A DNA stretch of 64,000 bases from Candidatus Omnitrophota bacterium (GCA_016206785.1 JACQQV010000010.1:302-64301); one strand, 5' to 3'. Positions 9,122-19,298 are shown, counted from the first letter of the stretch. The notes: generated by a model from the sequence alone, not told the origin. Program-made: numbers and translations.

Positions 9122-9523
9122 ATGTATCGGGTGACGCGGGAAATTTATTTTTGTTACGGCCACCGGCTCTTAAACTACGACGGCAAGTGCCGGAATCTGC
9201 ATGGCCATAATGGAAAGGTGGAGGTGGAACTCGCCTCAGAGAAGCTGGATGAGCGGGGAATGGTGTATGACTTCAAGGACATCAAATCAGTCATTCAAAA
9301 ATGGATCGACGAGAATCTGGACCACCGGATGATTTTAAACCGTAAGGACCCGATCCTGCCGGCCCTCCAGAAAGCCAAAGAACCGCTTTATCTTGTCGAT
9401 GAGAATCCGACGGCAGAGACAATCGCAAAACTCATCTATGACTACGCGGATTCCCAGGGTTTCCCTGTGACCGAGGTCCGCCTCTGGGAAACCGAGCACT
9501 CCTTCGCGACCTACCGTAAATAG
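9122..9523 (+). CDS. queD: 6-carboxy-5,6,7,8-tetrahydropterin synthase QueD (PTPS family).
   Basis: The CYGHRLLNYDGKCRNLHGHN zinc and catalytic motif is present. Confidence 0.85.
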   Translation: MYRVTREIYFCYGHRLLNYDGKCRNLHGHNGKVEVELASEKLDERGMVYDFKDIKSVIQKWIDENLDHRMILNRKDPILPALQKAKEPLYLVDENPTAETIAKLIYDYADSQGFPVTEVRLWETEHSFATYRK

Positions 9524-9584
9524 GGACTAAGTCCCTCCTTCTTAGGGGATAGGTCTAAGCGTAAAAGGGACTTAGTCCCGCTTT
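9524..9584. repeat. REP-like palindrome family 2 (GGGACTAAGTCCC - 31 nt - GGGACTTAGTCCC).
   Basis: Two 13-bp self-complementary units lie between the convergent queD and bcp genes. Confidence 0.6.
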
Positions 9585-9586
9585 GC

Positions 9587-10051
9587 CTACCCGAGCGTCT
9601 GGAGGATTTCCTCGATGTGACCGTCGACCTTCACCTTTGGAAAAATCTTTCTGATCTTTCCGTCTTTTCCAATCACGAAAGTTGTCCGCTCAATCCCCAT
9701 AAAAAGCTTTCCGTAGAGAGATTTTTCTTTATAGACCCCGTAGGCGGAGGTCATCTTCTTCTCGGGATCGCTTAAAAGCGTAAAGGGAAGATTGTATTTA
9801 TCACGGAATTTGTCGTGGCTTTCCAATGAATCGTGGCTCACTCCGAGAACGACCGCTTCTTTGGCTAAAATGCGTCTGAGATTATCCCGGAAATCGCACG
9901 CCTCGCGGGTGCAGCCCGGCGTATCGTCCTTGGGGTAGAAATAGAGAATCACATGCTTCCCGCGAAAATCCTTTAAGGCAATTTCTTTCCCTTCCGTCGA
10001 TCTCACCTTAAAATCGGGCGCAAGATCCCCTTCTTTTAATTCTTTCGCCAT
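9587..10051 (-). CDS. bcp: Thiol peroxidase Bcp (peroxiredoxin).
   Basis: It carries FYPKDDTPGCTREACDFRD. Confidence 0.85.
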   Translation of the reverse strand: MAKELKEGDLAPDFKVRSTEGKEIALKDFRGKHVILYFYPKDDTPGCTREACDFRDNLRRILAKEAVVLGVSHDSLESHDKFRDKYNLPFTLLSDPEKKMTSAYGVYKEKSLYGKLFMGIERTTFVIGKDGKIRKIFPKVKVDGHIEEILQTLG

Positions 10052-10065
10052 CGATAACCTCCTTG

Positions 10066-11451
10066 TTATTTTCCTGCAAGTTTCAAAGGGTCAAGAATCT
10101 TACGAACCTTTGCGGGGGGCAGCCCACTTAATTTTGCTGCAGCTTCACGAATCGGGCGATGGGTCCGAACCGCCTCCTTGACAATCTTTGCGGCCTTGAG
10201 GTACCCGATATGAGGATTAAGTGCCGTGGCGAGGGAAACGGTCTTTTCTGCATAAGAAAGGCATTTTGCGCGATTGGCCTGGATACCGTCGATGCATCGG
10301 GTGGCAAAGACCGTCGTGCACTGGGTCAAGAGTTTGATCGATTCCAAAAGGTTGTAGGCAATGAGCGGTATCATGACATTCAGTTCCAGTTGTCCCGCCT
10401 GTGAGGCCATAAGAACCGCTGTATCATGGCCGATCACCTGAAAAGCGACCATATTCGTCATTTCACACATGACCGGATTCACCTTCCCCGGCATGATGGA
10501 GGAACCGGGTTGGACCGGAGGAAGGAGGATCTCATCAAAACCGGTCTGGGGACCTGAACTGAGGAGACGGAGGTCATTCGCGATCTTGGTGAGATCCACC
10601 GCCAAAATTCGGAGGGCGGAAGAGACGTTCAAAAAATCTGCCATATTTTGCATGATCTCAACAAGGTCTTCCGCTTCTCGGAGAGGCCAATGGGTAATCT
10701 CCCGCAAGATCCGCACGACTTTCCGTCGATAGGGAGGATAGGCATTGAGTCCTGTTCCGGCAGCGGTTCCTCCGATATTGAGTTCCAAAAGATCCTCTTT
10801 CGCCTTCCGAATGCGCCGACGCGATTTCCGGATCATCCCTTCGAAGGCACCGAAATCCCTTCCCAGCCGGATCGGAACCGCATCCTGAAGATGGGTCCGC
10901 GCCGATTTCACAATCGAATAAAAAGCGACCGCTTTCCGATGAAAGGAAGATTCCAGGTGTTTGAGAGAACTGTCGAGCGCTTCCAAAAGGGGTAGAGCCG
11001 CCAGACGGATCGCTGTCGGGATCACGTCATTCGTGGACTGGGCTTTGTTCACATGGTCATTCGGGTTCACAAGACGGTAATCCCCCCGACGACCGCGCAA
11101 GATCTCGATCGCCCGATTGGCGATCACTTCGTTCATATTCATATTGAAGGAAGTGCCTGCGCCCGCTTGATAGATATCGACAACAAATTGGTCTTTGAGA
11201 CCTCCGCGTATGATTTCCTGAGAAGCCTTTAGGATCGCACGTGCAATCTTGGGAGAAAGCTGCTTGCATTCCAGGTGAGTCTTACAAGCGGCATACTTGA
11301 TCTGAGCGAGGGCCACGACCATCTCGTGGCGAAGAGTCCGACCGCTGATCGGAAAATTCTCACGGGCACGTTCGGTCTGGATTCCGTAATAGACGTTGGC
11401 AGGTAGGAATTTCTTTCCTAAGGCGTCTTCCTCGATGCGTCGCTTTTTCAT
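10066..11451 (-). CDS. Lyase of the aspartate ammonia-lyase / class II fumarate hydratase family.
   Basis: It has the GSSIMPGKVNP signature and an N-terminus EEDALGKKFLPANVYYGIQTERARENF. Confidence 0.8.
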   Translation of the reverse strand: MKKRRIEEDALGKKFLPANVYYGIQTERARENFPISGRTLRHEMVVALAQIKYAACKTHLECKQLSPKIARAILKASQEIIRGGLKDQFVVDIYQAGAGTSFNMNMNEVIANRAIEILRGRRGDYRLVNPNDHVNKAQSTNDVIPTAIRLAALPLLEALDSSLKHLESSFHRKAVAFYSIVKSARTHLQDAVPIRLGRDFGAFEGMIRKSRRRIRKAKEDLLELNIGGTAAGTGLNAYPPYRRKVVRILREITHWPLREAEDLVEIMQNMADFLNVSSALRILAVDLTKIANDLRLLSSGPQTGFDEILLPPVQPGSSIMPGKVNPVMCEMTNMVAFQVIGHDTAVLMASQAGQLELNVMIPLIAYNLLESIKLLTQCTTVFATRCIDGIQANRAKCLSYAEKTVSLATALNPHIGYLKAAKIVKEAVRTHRPIREAAAKLSGLPPAKVRKILDPLKLAGK

Positions 11452-12443
11452 GATGAGGGTACCGATCCCCCCTTCTTCAGTTGGGAAGCTACTTCCGACA
11501 GGACCATTGCGATTGCACGGTCCCCTCCCTTTTCGATCTTGCAGCCGGCGGTGTCATAATGTCCACCTCCGCCAAATTTCTGTGCAATCGTGGCGACATC
11601 GATCTCCCCGCGCGAACGGAGGCTTACCCGGAGGGTCCCATCTTCCTGTTCCCGAAAGAAGGCGGTCACCCATACCCCCTCAATGGTCCGGATCGCATCG
11701 GCCACATCATCGACATCGCTTTCCTTTCCGCCCAACTCTGCAAAGTCTTCCTGACGCAGGACAGACCATGCAAGTCTTCCCTCGCAATCTAAGATCACAC
11801 GGGAGAGGCTTAGACCAAAGAGACGAAAAGCGGTGACATCCTTTTTCCAAAAGACTTCCTGAACAAAATTTGAAAAGTCGACCCCTTTATTGAGAAGTTC
11901 GGCGCACATGTGGAAGGTGCGGTCGGTCACATTGGGAAGACGAAAAGAACTTGTCTCGACGACAAGCGAGGTCAAAAGACATTTGGCAATCGTCAAATCA
12001 ATTTCCACCCCCAATGCATTGAGGAGGTGATAGACCTCTTCTCCAGCCGCAGCAAGACTTGAGTCAATCAGAAGGTAATCGCCAAAACGATTCCCGACAT
12101 CGTGATGATCGATCTGGAGGATTTTCTTGGAACGGGCGAATGCCTTCTGCGTGGTCCCCAAAAGCTCCAGGGCCCCGCAGTCGACGGAGATGGCGAGATC
12201 AACCCCTTCTTCGTAGGAGGTGAGCACACGGTCTGCCCCTGGAAGGGATTTGTACCTTTCCGGAACGCCGTCTTGACTCACCATGATGACCTCTTTATTC
12301 AGCCGTTCCAATCCAAGCCCTAAGGCGAGGAGCGAACCGATGGTGTCTCCGTCGGGGTTGATGTGACTGGCGACCAAGACTTTTCGGGAACGCTGGATGC
12401 ACTCTGTTGCCTTTTCAAGATCCCGTGCGAGAATAGGTTTCAT
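11448..12443 (-). CDS. nrnA: DHH/DHHA1 phosphoesterase NrnA (bifunctional oligoribonuclease / pAp phosphatase).
   Basis: The motifs HINPDGDTIGS, DHHD and the C-terminal GGGH are present. Confidence 0.75.
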   Translation of the reverse strand: MKPILARDLEKATECIQRSRKVLVASHINPDGDTIGSLLALGLGLERLNKEVIMVSQDGVPERYKSLPGADRVLTSYEEGVDLAISVDCGALELLGTTQKAFARSKKILQIDHHDVGNRFGDYLLIDSSLAAAGEEVYHLLNALGVEIDLTIAKCLLTSLVVETSSFRLPNVTDRTFHMCAELLNKGVDFSNFVQEVFWKKDVTAFRLFGLSLSRVILDCEGRLAWSVLRQEDFAELGGKESDVDDVADAIRTIEGVWVTAFFREQEDGTLRVSLRSRGEIDVATIAQKFGGGGHYDTAGCKIEKGGDRAIAMVLSEVASQLKKGGSVPSS

Positions 12444-12452
12444 GAACGTGGC

Positions 12453-13295
12453 TTAGCGGTAAGCGGTGAGGATATCGTCAAACTTAGGCATCCCCTTGGA
12501 CTCTGCACGATGTACTGTCGCCATCACACTTTCTTCGAAGGTCGGACGACTTTCCTGATAGAAGAGTCCCATATAAAGATGTTCCGTATCCAGTGCGAGT
12601 TTAAAGGCCTCTGCCTTGTCTTTGACATTGTGTGTTGCGGGAACAGAAGCCAGTTTTTGGGGGATCATCTTATAGGTGTCATAAAAAGTGATGCAAGGAG
12701 AGATGGCGTCGATAAAGGCAAATCCTTCGTGCTGCACCGCTTTGACGATCAAATCCACCAATTCCTTCGGTTTCCCTGAATAGGCCCGCGCAACGAAAGT
12801 TGCTCCGTAGGTAATGGCAAAGGCGATCGGGTTGATCGGGGCTTCTACGTTTCCGTAAGGGGTGGAACCGCTCGTGTGGCCGATCTGGCTTGTCGGAGAG
12901 ACCTGCCCCTTCGTAAGACCGTAGGTTTCATTGTCCATAATAATATAGGTGATGTCCAGATTCCGACGGGCTGCATGCGGAATATGCCCACCTCCGATGG
13001 CAAAGCCATCTCCATCGCCGCCCACGGCGACCACCGTCAGTTCCGGATTCGCCAATCTTACTCCCATGCTGACCGGCAAGGTCCGGCCATGCACCACATG
13101 GAATCCATAGGCCTTGACATACGCGGGAAGCCGGCCGGAGCAGCCGATCCCGGAAACAAAAACGAGTTTCGTCGGGTCCAGTTGGAGGGCATGCATCGCC
13201 TTGTAAAGGGCACTCAGCACCCCAAAATCGCCACATCCCGGACACCATACCGGATGAACATCGCTCTTATACGTTTCCAAAGGGATTTCAGCCAT
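12453..13295 (-). CDS. korB: Beta subunit (TPP-binding) of a 2-oxoacid:ferredoxin oxidoreductase.
   Basis: It carries WCPGCGDFGV and GDGDG. Confidence 0.8.
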   Translation of the reverse strand: MAEIPLETYKSDVHPVWCPGCGDFGVLSALYKAMHALQLDPTKLVFVSGIGCSGRLPAYVKAYGFHVVHGRTLPVSMGVRLANPELTVVAVGGDGDGFAIGGGHIPHAARRNLDITYIIMDNETYGLTKGQVSPTSQIGHTSGSTPYGNVEAPINPIAFAITYGATFVARAYSGKPKELVDLIVKAVQHEGFAFIDAISPCITFYDTYKMIPQKLASVPATHNVKDKAEAFKLALDTEHLYMGLFYQESRPTFEESVMATVHRAESKGMPKFDDILTAYR

Positions 13296-15018
13296 GTTGA
13301 TGAACCTCCTTCATCTTCGCTAAAATTTCTTCGGGTGTAAAGGGAAGACCACCGCATTTATTGAGTTGCGCAATCGGTTCAAAGGGGACATGGGCCCGCA
13401 AGAGACTTGCGAACTGTCCTGTAAAATTAATCTCCGGAATGATGAGAACTTTGGCCTTTTTCAAAAAATCCTTAACCCGCTGGGTCGGGAAAGGTTTCAG
13501 AAGCTTCGGATGAAGTGCCCCGACGGAATTTCCTTCTTCCCGGGCCCGCTCTACCGCCTCGCGGATGACTCCCTCCGAGGATCCCCATCCGATAATGGCG
13601 ATCTCCGGTTGCTCCAACCCGTACACCTTTGCAATCTCATTGGACGTTTTCTCAAGCATGCGAAGTTTACGATGACGTTTCTCTGTCATGACCTCATGGT
13701 TGTGCGGTTCGAAGCTAAGTTCCGCCGCCTCGTCATGCTCAAGTCCCGTCGCCGTGTAGAATCCCCCCGCGTCTCCCGGAATGGCCATGGGGCTCACCCC
13801 TGTCTCAGTCAGGATATATCGTTTATAACTTGCCAACTGTTCCGGCGTGGGCCGAAGTCTCTCCCTGACTTCTACACTCTGAAAATTGGACCGTTCCACC
13901 GACGCCATCCGATGAGCCAAATATTGATCCGAAAGGACGAGGACCGGTATCTGATATTCTTCAGCGATATTGAGCGCACGGATAATCCCCTGGAAACAAT
14001 CGGCCACACTGGTCAAGGCCAAGACCACTCTTGGGGAATCACCATGCCCGCCGTAAAGGGCGAGGTTCAAATCTCCCTGTTCTGTCTTGGTGGGTAGTCC
14101 CGTACTCGGCCCGCCGCGTTGACAGTCGATGACGACACAAGGAATCTCCGTCATGGTCGCAAGCCCTAAAAATTCTGTCATAAGCGAAAAACCCGGTCCG
14201 GCCGTTGCCGTCATCGCCTTTTTCCCTGCGAAGGACGCCCCCAAGACCGTTCCGATCGCGGCAATCTCATCTTCGGTCTGCACCACCACACCCCCCACCT
14301 TCGGAAGCTCCCGCGCGAGCCATTCCATGATATCGGTCGCCGGCGTGATCGGATACCCTGCATAAACCTTTAATCCCGCCGCCACAGCACCCAGGGCCAT
14401 CGCTTCATTCCCCGTCATGACGACCACATCTCTTTTGCGGGTCACCGGCTCAAGCCGATACGGGTCCGTCTTTTTCACATGCTGGACCGCATAATCGAAT
14501 CCGGCTTTCAAGGCTTGAATATTTTTGATAAAGACCTCTTCCCCTTTTTTCTTGAATTTTTCTGAAATGAGGCCTTCAAATCTCTCAAGGGGGATATTGA
14601 AAAGTTGCGAAAGGACGCCGAGCGCAACGACATTTTTGCTGAATTTAAGACCGATTCTCTCCACTGCGATCTTGGTGAGAGGCACACCATATCCGATACA
14701 GGAATTGGTGTCTGGGGGAGGCGAGAAACTGTCGCTGTCGTATAGGAGAACGCCGTTTACTTTGAGGAATTTAAAATGACGATCGTACGCCTCTTGGTTA
14801 AAAGCAAGAAGGACATCAATTTTATCTCCTTGGGACAAGAGAAGGTGGTCGCTCACCCTCACTTGAAAATTTGCATGTCCTCCCTTGATTTCCGCCGGAT
14901 AGGTACGAAAGGTGTAGATCTCGTAATCGGCCCGTGCCAGGGCGCGGGTCAGAAGTTCTCCCGTAGAGATGACTCCTTCTCCTCCCTCTCCTCCGATGCG
15001 AAAGACGATGTCATTCAT
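13288..15018 (-). CDS. korA: Alpha subunit of a 2-oxoacid:ferredoxin oxidoreductase (fused gamma/alpha-type).
   Basis: It is an OFOR alpha-subunit homologue overlapping korB by 8 nt. Confidence 0.8.
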   Translation of the reverse strand: MNDIVFRIGGEGGEGVISTGELLTRALARADYEIYTFRTYPAEIKGGHANFQVRVSDHLLLSQGDKIDVLLAFNQEAYDRHFKFLKVNGVLLYDSDSFSPPPDTNSCIGYGVPLTKIAVERIGLKFSKNVVALGVLSQLFNIPLERFEGLISEKFKKKGEEVFIKNIQALKAGFDYAVQHVKKTDPYRLEPVTRKRDVVVMTGNEAMALGAVAAGLKVYAGYPITPATDIMEWLARELPKVGGVVVQTEDEIAAIGTVLGASFAGKKAMTATAGPGFSLMTEFLGLATMTEIPCVVIDCQRGGPSTGLPTKTEQGDLNLALYGGHGDSPRVVLALTSVADCFQGIIRALNIAEEYQIPVLVLSDQYLAHRMASVERSNFQSVEVRERLRPTPEQLASYKRYILTETGVSPMAIPGDAGGFYTATGLEHDEAAELSFEPHNHEVMTEKRHRKLRMLEKTSNEIAKVYGLEQPEIAIIGWGSSEGVIREAVERAREEGNSVGALHPKLLKPFPTQRVKDFLKKAKVLIIPEINFTGQFASLLRAHVPFEPIAQLNKCGGLPFTPEEILAKMKEVHQHG

Positions 15019-15021
15019 CTC

Positions 15022-15750
15022 TTAAAGCCCCAGCCCTTTCAATAAGGTCTCAATCGTTTGGGATGTCCCGATCATCAGAGGGGTGTCCCTCACCACATAA
15101 CGGCTCCCTTCTGTCTCCCGAAGCCGCTGAACCAAATTCTCAAAATCGGAGGGATCATCCGCTTCAAAGGCGAGCATAAATTCCTGATCGCCCAGCCCAA
15201 ACGAATAGGTCGTGTTGAGCCGCACCGTCGGATATTCATGCGCGACCCGCAAATGTTCGTTCATGATCGCCTGGCGTTTTTCAAATGGGAGAAGATACCA
15301 CTCCCGTGACTTCACAAAAGGATAGACAAAGATGAATCTCTTGGGGGGATCGTCCTTTTCAAACGCCTGCTGGTGTGGAAGTGCGTAGGGGGATGGTTTT
15401 TTCATCGCCACAAAACTGTAGGCAAGGGACACATATTTCCCGAAGGGAGTTCGATAAAGGTTCCCCACGAATTCCTGAACCTTTTCAAGGTCTTCCGTAA
15501 TGACCCAAAGGAGAAAATCGACCTCCTGCCGAAGCCCGAGTGTCAGATACGGTCTAATCCTTATCAGGCGTTCGCTCTCCTTGAGGAATCGTTCGAAAGC
15601 GCGGGCCGCTTCCTCTTTTTCCCGCTTCGACTGCTGCCGAAAGAGGGGAACCAACTTAAAAAAGAGAAAATCGACATAGAGGGTCTTTTGAACGGCCTCT
15701 TTTATCGCTTTTTTGACTCCTGTTTCTTGTTTCCCTGTTACCGTCGTCAT
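15022..15750 (-). CDS. Chlorite dismutase family protein (Cld/HemQ-like).
   Basis: The length is about 240 aa and the C-terminal LRETEGSRYV-type motif is present. Confidence 0.5.
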   Translation of the reverse strand: MTTVTGKQETGVKKAIKEAVQKTLYVDFLFFKLVPLFRQQSKREKEEAARAFERFLKESERLIRIRPYLTLGLRQEVDFLLWVITEDLEKVQEFVGNLYRTPFGKYVSLAYSFVAMKKPSPYALPHQQAFEKDDPPKRFIFVYPFVKSREWYLLPFEKRQAIMNEHLRVAHEYPTVRLNTTYSFGLGDQEFMLAFEADDPSDFENLVQRLRETEGSRYVVRDTPLMIGTSQTIETLLKGLGL

Positions 15751-16734
15751 TTAAAGACGCATCCTTTCAAGTTCTTCGTTTGTAAACAGATGCAAAACAG
15801 GCAACCGGCGTTCCCCTTCACGATAAGAGAAAAGAAGTTCCTGTTTCTCGCGTTCCTCCGGCTCTCCGTACCGAAGCGTGAGGCTCGCTACCGCCCGCTC
15901 ACTCTCCAGACTCTCTTCTCCCACGATAAGCGTCGAAGGTCCCGGAAAATCCACAGGGCGGAAAAGGGGCCGCTGAGTTCCGTAATATTCCAAAATATCA
16001 TTCTCTGATTCATTCCTGCCGACGATCAACTTCGTCACGGGATTGAGTCGGAAATGCCTCCCGATCCGCAAAAGTTCCATCTCCTCAATCGTTGGATGAA
16101 CCGAGTGTTCCAGAAGATCCTTCACCCGTCGCGAGAAAGCCTCATCCGTCAAGAGACACCCCCCTGCGGGAGTCGGATAGTTCCGGATCCCTTTTTCCTC
16201 TGCAAGGGCCATCTGAATCCGACGGCTCCGTCCGGAAATCCCCAAGAGTTGTGAGCGATCTACAACCCCTTCTTTCTCCGGGATCGTGGGATCGAGCGCG
16301 TGCGCCGAGAGGGGCCGCAGAATCCTCCCCCTAAGATCGCAGTCCCGTTCAATCGTCTTCAGACTCTCGAGCATCTGCGACTTCGGACGCTGCCCCAGCA
16401 CCTCTCCTGTAATGAGAAACGAGGCGCCGATCTCTTCCATATAGGCCTTCGCCTTCCAGTACATGTGAATCCGGCAATCCACACAGGGATTCATCGCCCG
16501 TCCGTATCCGTATTTCGGATGATGGATCACGTCCAGATAATCCTCCTGCATCTTAAAGACCATGATATGAATGCCAAAGAGCTTCGCGGCGGAATAGGCC
16601 GCGGTCCGGTCGCAGCACCCCCACGGCATCGCAAAATGAAGGCCGATGACCTCGATCCCCTGCTCGAGGACAATCTTCGTGGCCAGCGTGCTGTCGAGGC
16701 CGCCGGAGAGAAGCGAAATCGCTTTTCGATTCAT
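15751..16734 (-). CDS. PP-loop ATP pyrophosphatase, ThiI-like (tRNA thiolation family), without a THUMP domain.
   Basis: The PP-loop SLLSGGLDS is present and ITGEVLGQRPKSQ resembles the ThiI ITGESLGQVASQ motif. Confidence 0.55.
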   Translation of the reverse strand: MNRKAISLLSGGLDSTLATKIVLEQGIEVIGLHFAMPWGCCDRTAAYSAAKLFGIHIMVFKMQEDYLDVIHHPKYGYGRAMNPCVDCRIHMYWKAKAYMEEIGASFLITGEVLGQRPKSQMLESLKTIERDCDLRGRILRPLSAHALDPTIPEKEGVVDRSQLLGISGRSRRIQMALAEEKGIRNYPTPAGGCLLTDEAFSRRVKDLLEHSVHPTIEEMELLRIGRHFRLNPVTKLIVGRNESENDILEYYGTQRPLFRPVDFPGPSTLIVGEESLESERAVASLTLRYGEPEEREKQELLFSYREGERRLPVLHLFTNEELERMRL

Positions 16735-17057
16735 ACTTCGATGGAGATGTCTTCCCCTTCCACCTTGACCGGAAAGGTGGCTGTCCGGATCGAAGATTCG
16801 ACGGGGTTTACGCCGCTGGCCACATCATACTGCCAGCCGTGCCAGGGACAGGTGACCACTGTGCCTTCAAGGTATCCTTCTCCCAATGGACCCCCTTGGT
16901 GGACACAGACATTATCGATCGCATAAAATTTTCCATCGCAATTGAAGAGGGCGATTTCTTTTCCTGAAACTTCAATGACCTTTCCAGAACCGTTCGGGAT
17001 CTCACTCATCTTTGCCACCTTCTGGAATGTTCCCATCTTACCCTCCCTGAAGTTCAA
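16731..17057 (-). CDS. Rieske [2Fe-2S] domain protein (NirD-like small subunit).
   Basis: It carries CVHQGGPLGEG...CPWHGWQYD. Confidence 0.75.
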   Translation of the reverse strand: MNFREGKMGTFQKVAKMSEIPNGSGKVIEVSGKEIALFNCDGKFYAIDNVCVHQGGPLGEGYLEGTVVTCPWHGWQYDVASGVNPVESSIRTATFPVKVEGEDISIEV

Positions 17058-18105
17058 GTCTTATTTCATTACGGGCTTCCACCATGACCTTGAGTTTCGC
17101 AAAGGCCTCCTCGGGGGTACGCGTCTTGAGGCCGCAGTCAGGATCCACATAAATCCGTTCGGGTGGAAAAATCTCGAGTGCCTTTTTGATCCCTTTTTTG
17201 ACCTTTTCTTTCGAATCGGTCTCGTGGCGATGAACATCCAAAACCCCCAGCCCGATTTCCTTGGTAAAAGGCTGTTTTTTGAAAAGATCGAGGAGGGCAA
17301 AATCGCGGTTGGCCAGTTCCAAGTCGATTTGATCCACAGCAAGGCTCAGCATCTGGGGATAGATCTTTTCAAAATCGCCGTAGCAGATATGGGTGATTGT
17401 CTTCGCCTTGAGGCCCTTGGTGACAATCTTCATCGCCTCGATCGCCAGATCAATCTCCTCCGGTCGCGTGGAGACCGCAGGTTCATCAATCTGAATATAC
17501 TTTGCGCCCGCCTTCTCGAGATCGGCTGCTTCCTCATGAATGACTTCTGCAAGGTCCAAGGCAAATGCACGACGGGAAGGATAATATTCATCAAAAGACC
17601 AGTCCATGATGGTATAGGGGCCTGTGAGCATTCCCTTGATCGGCTTTTGGGTCAAAGACTGGGCAAAGGTATACCAGGAAACGGTGATGGGGGTCTTGCG
17701 TCGAATCCTTCCAACGGCAACCGGTTTACGATAATACCGATTTCCATAGGAACGGACGAGTCCGCTGATTTTAAATCCTTCCAGCTGTTCTGCAAAATAG
17801 GTGGCCATATCCCCTCGGTACATCTCACCGTCGACCAAGATATCGAGTCCGATCTCCTCCTGCTTTTGGATGACCTCCCGTGTGGCCTGTTGTTCAAGCT
17901 CATGAAGTTTTCCCTTATCCAGTTTTCCCCGATAAAAGTCGTTTCGTGCCTTTTGAAGATAGTCTGGTTTCGGAAAACTTCCGACACTTGTTGTCAAAAG
18001 GGCGCTCACTGGACACCTCCCCGGGCGTTGCACTGCCGAACAACCTCGACCAACCGAGACAGCTTCGGCGCAATGGAGGCATAAGGGAGAAACTCCAGAC
18101 CGCAA
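17038..18105 (-). CDS. Cobalamin-independent methionine synthase (MetE)-like / UROD-fold protein, single-domain archaeal type.
   Basis: It has the MetE C-terminal-like fold and Zn ligands (H...C...E...C pattern). Confidence 0.6.
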   Translation of the reverse strand: MRSGVSPLCLHCAEAVSVGRGCSAVQRPGRCPVSALLTTSVGSFPKPDYLQKARNDFYRGKLDKGKLHELEQQATREVIQKQEEIGLDILVDGEMYRGDMATYFAEQLEGFKISGLVRSYGNRYYRKPVAVGRIRRKTPITVSWYTFAQSLTQKPIKGMLTGPYTIMDWSFDEYYPSRRAFALDLAEVIHEEAADLEKAGAKYIQIDEPAVSTRPEEIDLAIEAMKIVTKGLKAKTITHICYGDFEKIYPQMLSLAVDQIDLELANRDFALLDLFKKQPFTKEIGLGVLDVHRHETDSKEKVKKGIKKALEIFPPERIYVDPDCGLKTRTPEEAFAKLKVMVEARNEIRLELQGG

Positions 18106-18986
18106 TTGGGGCTCACATAAAGTTGAGGGGTTTTTTCAACCAGTTCCTGAATGAAGTCCTTAAGGATTTTCGGGTTTTCGAGTCTCGTGTTCCGCGCATC
18201 CACACACCCGGCTCCCAATGACTTAGAAATTTTCTTTTTTTTCTTAAGGAGATTCCGATTCCCTTCGCTACTCACAAAATCGAGTCCGATAAAATCCATG
18301 TCGGTGTCCAAAAAGGAATCAAAAATGCCTTCCAGATCTCCAAAATAGGTCCGGATTCCCTTCTTACTCTTTAAACCGGCCATCGCCTTTTGAAGGCCTT
18401 CGATCGCGAGGAGCGCTTTCTCCTTATGAAACACAAGGGCCGGTTCATCAAATTGGAGGATCGTCGCCCCTGCGGCTTCGAGCGCCTTGGCCTCCTGGTT
18501 CAAAATCTCCGCCAGGGTCAACACAAGGGTCCTTTCATTATGGTAAAAGGTATCCTCGGAGAGGGCTGCAAACGTGAAGGGACCTGGGAGGACCGCCTTT
18601 AGGATGTGGGTTGCCTTGGACTTTGCAAAACGAAAATTCTCCACGGTGATTGGGGATTTCCAGAGGAGTTTGCCGACCACGACCGGTTGTCGATAGTAGA
18701 CATTGTTATTAAAGAAACGGGTGAGGCCGTTAATCTTAAACCCCTCGATCTTGGAAGCAAGAGGGGTCACAATATCTTCCCAGAGAAGCTGGCCGTCCGT
18801 AATGATATCGATCCCGAGCGCTTCCTGCTCGCGGATCACCCGCACCGTGTTCTCCTGAAACACCTTCTCAAGGTCCGCATCGATGAGTCTGCCCTCATCG
18901 TGTTGGTGAATAGCCTGTCGGATACTGGGAAGTGACGCGTTTTCTGTAATTTTTGGGTAATTCCCGATCACGGTTGTGAGAATCAT
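18006..18986 (-). CDS. MetE-like / UROD-fold protein, a paralog of the downstream gene.
   Basis: It is similar in size and architecture to 17038..18105 and has a MILTTVIGNYPKI N-terminus. Confidence 0.55.
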   Translation of the reverse strand: MILTTVIGNYPKITENASLPSIRQAIHQHDEGRLIDADLEKVFQENTVRVIREQEALGIDIITDGQLLWEDIVTPLASKIEGFKINGLTRFFNNNVYYRQPVVVGKLLWKSPITVENFRFAKSKATHILKAVLPGPFTFAALSEDTFYHNERTLVLTLAEILNQEAKALEAAGATILQFDEPALVFHKEKALLAIEGLQKAMAGLKSKKGIRTYFGDLEGIFDSFLDTDMDFIGLDFVSSEGNRNLLKKKKKISKSLGAGCVDARNTRLENPKILKDFIQELVEKTPQLYVSPNCGLEFLPYASIAPKLSRLVEVVRQCNARGGVQ

Positions 18987-19237
18987 GCCTTGTCTCCGTC
19001 TTCACCAATCGCCTCCACCGGACACCCTTGCATCGCTACAACACACTGCTTCTCTTCTCCAGGTGTGGTGGGCTGTTTCACTACGTAGGAATAACCCTTC
19101 TCGGCATTCCGCGCAAAATTATCGGGTGCTGTCTGACGGCAAAGGTCGCAGTCGATACACTGATCATCCACATAAAATTTTCCCTGAGGATTCTCCGGAT
19201 ACCGCTGGGCTTTGTTCGCCATCCCCTTCTTCCTCAT
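18983..19237 (-). CDS. Small Cys-rich ferredoxin-like protein.
   Basis: CIDCDLCRQ...C...C fits a single [4Fe-4S]-type cluster motif. Confidence 0.5.
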   Translation of the reverse strand: MRKKGMANKAQRYPENPQGKFYVDDQCIDCDLCRQTAPDNFARNAEKGYSYVVKQPTTPGEEKQCVVAMQGCPVEAIGEDGDKA

Positions 19238-19298
19238 CGCAAAAAGGGTTAATTTTTAATTATAACAATTTCCGGATCCTTTTTCAAGCGAAGGTGTT

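Noticed and set aside
13366-14097. Long antisense ORFs on the plus strand inside korA (also 14129..14365, 14525..14779).
   Set aside because: They lie fully inside a well-supported minus-strand gene. No domain motifs are present and their composition mirrors the coding strand.
16942-18084. A 380-aa plus-strand ORF opposite the MetE-like gene.
   Set aside because: It is antisense to a conserved gene, with no recognisable motifs. It is a typical GC-rich shadow ORF.
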